A stretch of DNA of 64,000 nt from an uncultured Poribacteria bacterium (GTDB lineage Bacteria; Poribacteria; WGA-4E; WGA-3G): positions 992,001 to 1,056,000 of the forward strand of contig OX638351.1 of the NCBI GenBank assembly GCA_951813565.1. The letters run 5' to 3'. The notes below the pieces were generated by a model, which saw only the letters and a program-made list of their open reading frames with translations, did no database searches and was not told the origin of the DNA. The position numbers and the translations under genes are program-made. Of this stretch, positions 62,534 to 64,000 are shown one piece after another (positions within the stretch are counted from its first letter, which is position 1; each line of letters starts with the position of its first letter).

Positions 62534-62881
62534 TTGAAAAACCGCAAATTTGTTCCTAATATCCTCATATTATTTGCGATAGTTTGTTATGTAACATTGC
62601 TTGGCTTTAGTCCGCTGTTGCACGACCACGAACATGCACACGATCATGAGTCTGAACAGGATCATGAGCATGAACACTCTGAGCCATCCCATTCGGAGGA
62701 AAACTGTGCAGCGTGTGCATTTATCAATACCAACGTAGAATTCAAAATCCAGCCAGCTGTTTTAGTCGGACCTTCCCCTTGCTGTGGTGAACCTTCACCC
62801 AGCGAAGTTGTTTTTGTCCCCCTAATACCAGCGACAAATATCCAGAGTCGCGCACCACCTATATTTCCCAATTCCATCTAA
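62534..62881 (+). CDS. DUF2946-like His-rich CxxC/RAPP protein (candidate arrest leader)
   Basis: Hydrophobic N-terminus, HDHEHAHDHE tract, CAAC, C-terminal SRAPP. Confidence 0.75.
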   Translation: MKNRKFVPNILILFAIVCYVTLLGFSPLLHDHEHAHDHESEQDHEHEHSEPSHSEENCAACAFINTNVEFKIQPAVLVGPSPCCGEPSPSEVVFVPLIPATNIQSRAPPIFPNSI

Positions 62882-63226
62882 TATTAATTTTGAAATCTAA
62901 AGATATAATCTATCTTTGGTTATAATTTCTTGCAGAAGGCACTAACTTTGTAGAAGCCATAAAGGTTGACAATGGATAGATGTAACTGTGCTTGCGTAGA
63001 TTTACGCGCCTTTGTATCCATTATTTCTGTTTTCCTCCTGCGGCTGGCTCATATTTAGTTTCAAGGATGTGTAGAAAGGGACGATATTTAGCACGTCTTC
63101 CTACAGCACTATCTTTGCACCTATGCATCTACCATGTGCATTTCTATTATTCATGCACATTTTGTACTATAGTTATAAGAATTTTTAGGCACGTATTTTG
63201 TGCCGCAAACAAAATTGGAGAATACA

Positions 63227-63811
63227 ATGTTTACATATTTTTTTGAACGCGACATTACTGTCACCATTTCACGATTAATCTTACTCGCTTTTGTTGCTGT
63301 CCTGCCTTTTATGGGTGGTTGCGGCGAAGATCAAAATCCTATCACGGATGACCATGAGGGTGAGGAAACGATTCACGCTGATTCAGACGGAGTTTTGCTT
63401 AAAGTTGATGGCGTGGAAATCTACCGCCAGCATGAAGGAACTCAAACTGGTGGTATCACTCTTGGCGAAAACGACGAAATTGAGGTGGCAGTTGTCTTTC
63501 TCAACGCGAACGAGGAAGAAATACATCTTGATGAAATTGCTGGAGAAGAAGGTGAGGAAGATGAGCACGGACATGATGAGGAGGAAACCTTCGGCTTAGC
63601 AATAACCGAGTATGATTCAGCCATCATTGACGTCCATTTATCGGAGGAAGATGCGGATCATGGGGATGACGAAGATGAGCATGATGAAGAATCTGAGTTG
63701 AGTTTTGAAGTCATTGGACTAAAAGCAGGCGAAACGACTATCAAACTTCAACTGCTGCACGGTGACCATCCCGATTTCACGGCACTTCCGATACCGGTAA
63801 CTGTCCAATAG
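63227..63811 (+). CDS. His/Asp/Glu-rich lipoprotein (putative metal binding)
   Basis: GGAG RBS, lipobox MGGC, two acidic/His tracts, LLHGDHPDF motif. Confidence 0.75.
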   Translation: MFTYFFERDITVTISRLILLAFVAVLPFMGGCGEDQNPITDDHEGEETIHADSDGVLLKVDGVEIYRQHEGTQTGGITLGENDEIEVAVVFLNANEEEIHLDEIAGEEGEEDEHGHDEEETFGLAITEYDSAIIDVHLSEEDADHGDDEDEHDEESELSFEVIGLKAGETTIKLQLLHGDHPDFTALPIPVTVQ

Positions 63812-63822
63812 GGAGAATTTCC

Positions 63823-64000
63823 ATGCGTATTATTGGAAATTCAGGTAGTTGTAACTGTGCTACGGTAGGTGCGCTCTTAAAGCGTACCTACCTACTTGCG
63901 CTGACATTAGGAATTTGCTGTATATGCTGCCATATCAGAAACGCCCAAAGTAACCAGGTTACATCTCACCAGCTGCGCGGAGAAGTCATTGACGAGTGGA
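63823..64000 (+). CDS. 5' end of a secreted protein, possibly a TonB-dependent receptor (runs off the window)
   Basis: GGGAG RBS; open frame MRIIGNSG...LLALTLGICCIC...LRGEVIDEW. Confidence 0.5.
   Translation, partial: MRIIGNSGSCNCATVGALLKRTYLLALTLGICCICCHIRNAQSNQVTSHQLRGEVIDEW

Noticed and set aside
62992..63246. 84-aa ORF between the RAPP leader and the lipoprotein
   Set aside because: No clear RBS or motif; overlaps palindromic sequence and the next start.

Overview
Bacterial chromosomal window of moderate-to-low GC. Protein motifs, such as the C-terminal VSPKGKLGVQWGKIK tail, suggest Candidatus Poribacteria; this is recognition from memory, not a database result. Core content: a six-tRNA cluster leading into tig-clpP-clpX-lon, uvrB, a class A PBP, the rimP-nusA-ylxR-infB-rbfA-nrnA-ribF operon (interrupted by an orphan DNA methyltransferase), purE, pdxA, sugar-acid, sulfatase and dioxygenase genes, two GT9 transferases and a 2167-aa gingipain/PorU-like C25 peptidase. 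There are four decayed IS elements (IS630, ISKra4-like, IS200/IS605 TnpB, ISAs1). Intergenic DNA is dense with GTAG-type REP palindromes, several MITE families nested inside one another, and a ~34-bp hairpin mini-element that inserts into REPs. Best candidates for new biology: (1) two tandem genes fusing an RDD membrane domain to a PspA/IM30 (bacterial ESCRT-III-like) coil that lacks its amphipathic helix; (2) a His-rich CxxC/RAPP (DUF2946-like) leader ahead of a His/acid-rich lipoprotein and a probable outer-membrane receptor; (3) the 34-bp mini-element and nested MITE system; (4) a MITE/IS composite inversion with readable duplications; (5) a probable CC-only adding enzyme. No CRISPR array or rRNA was seen.
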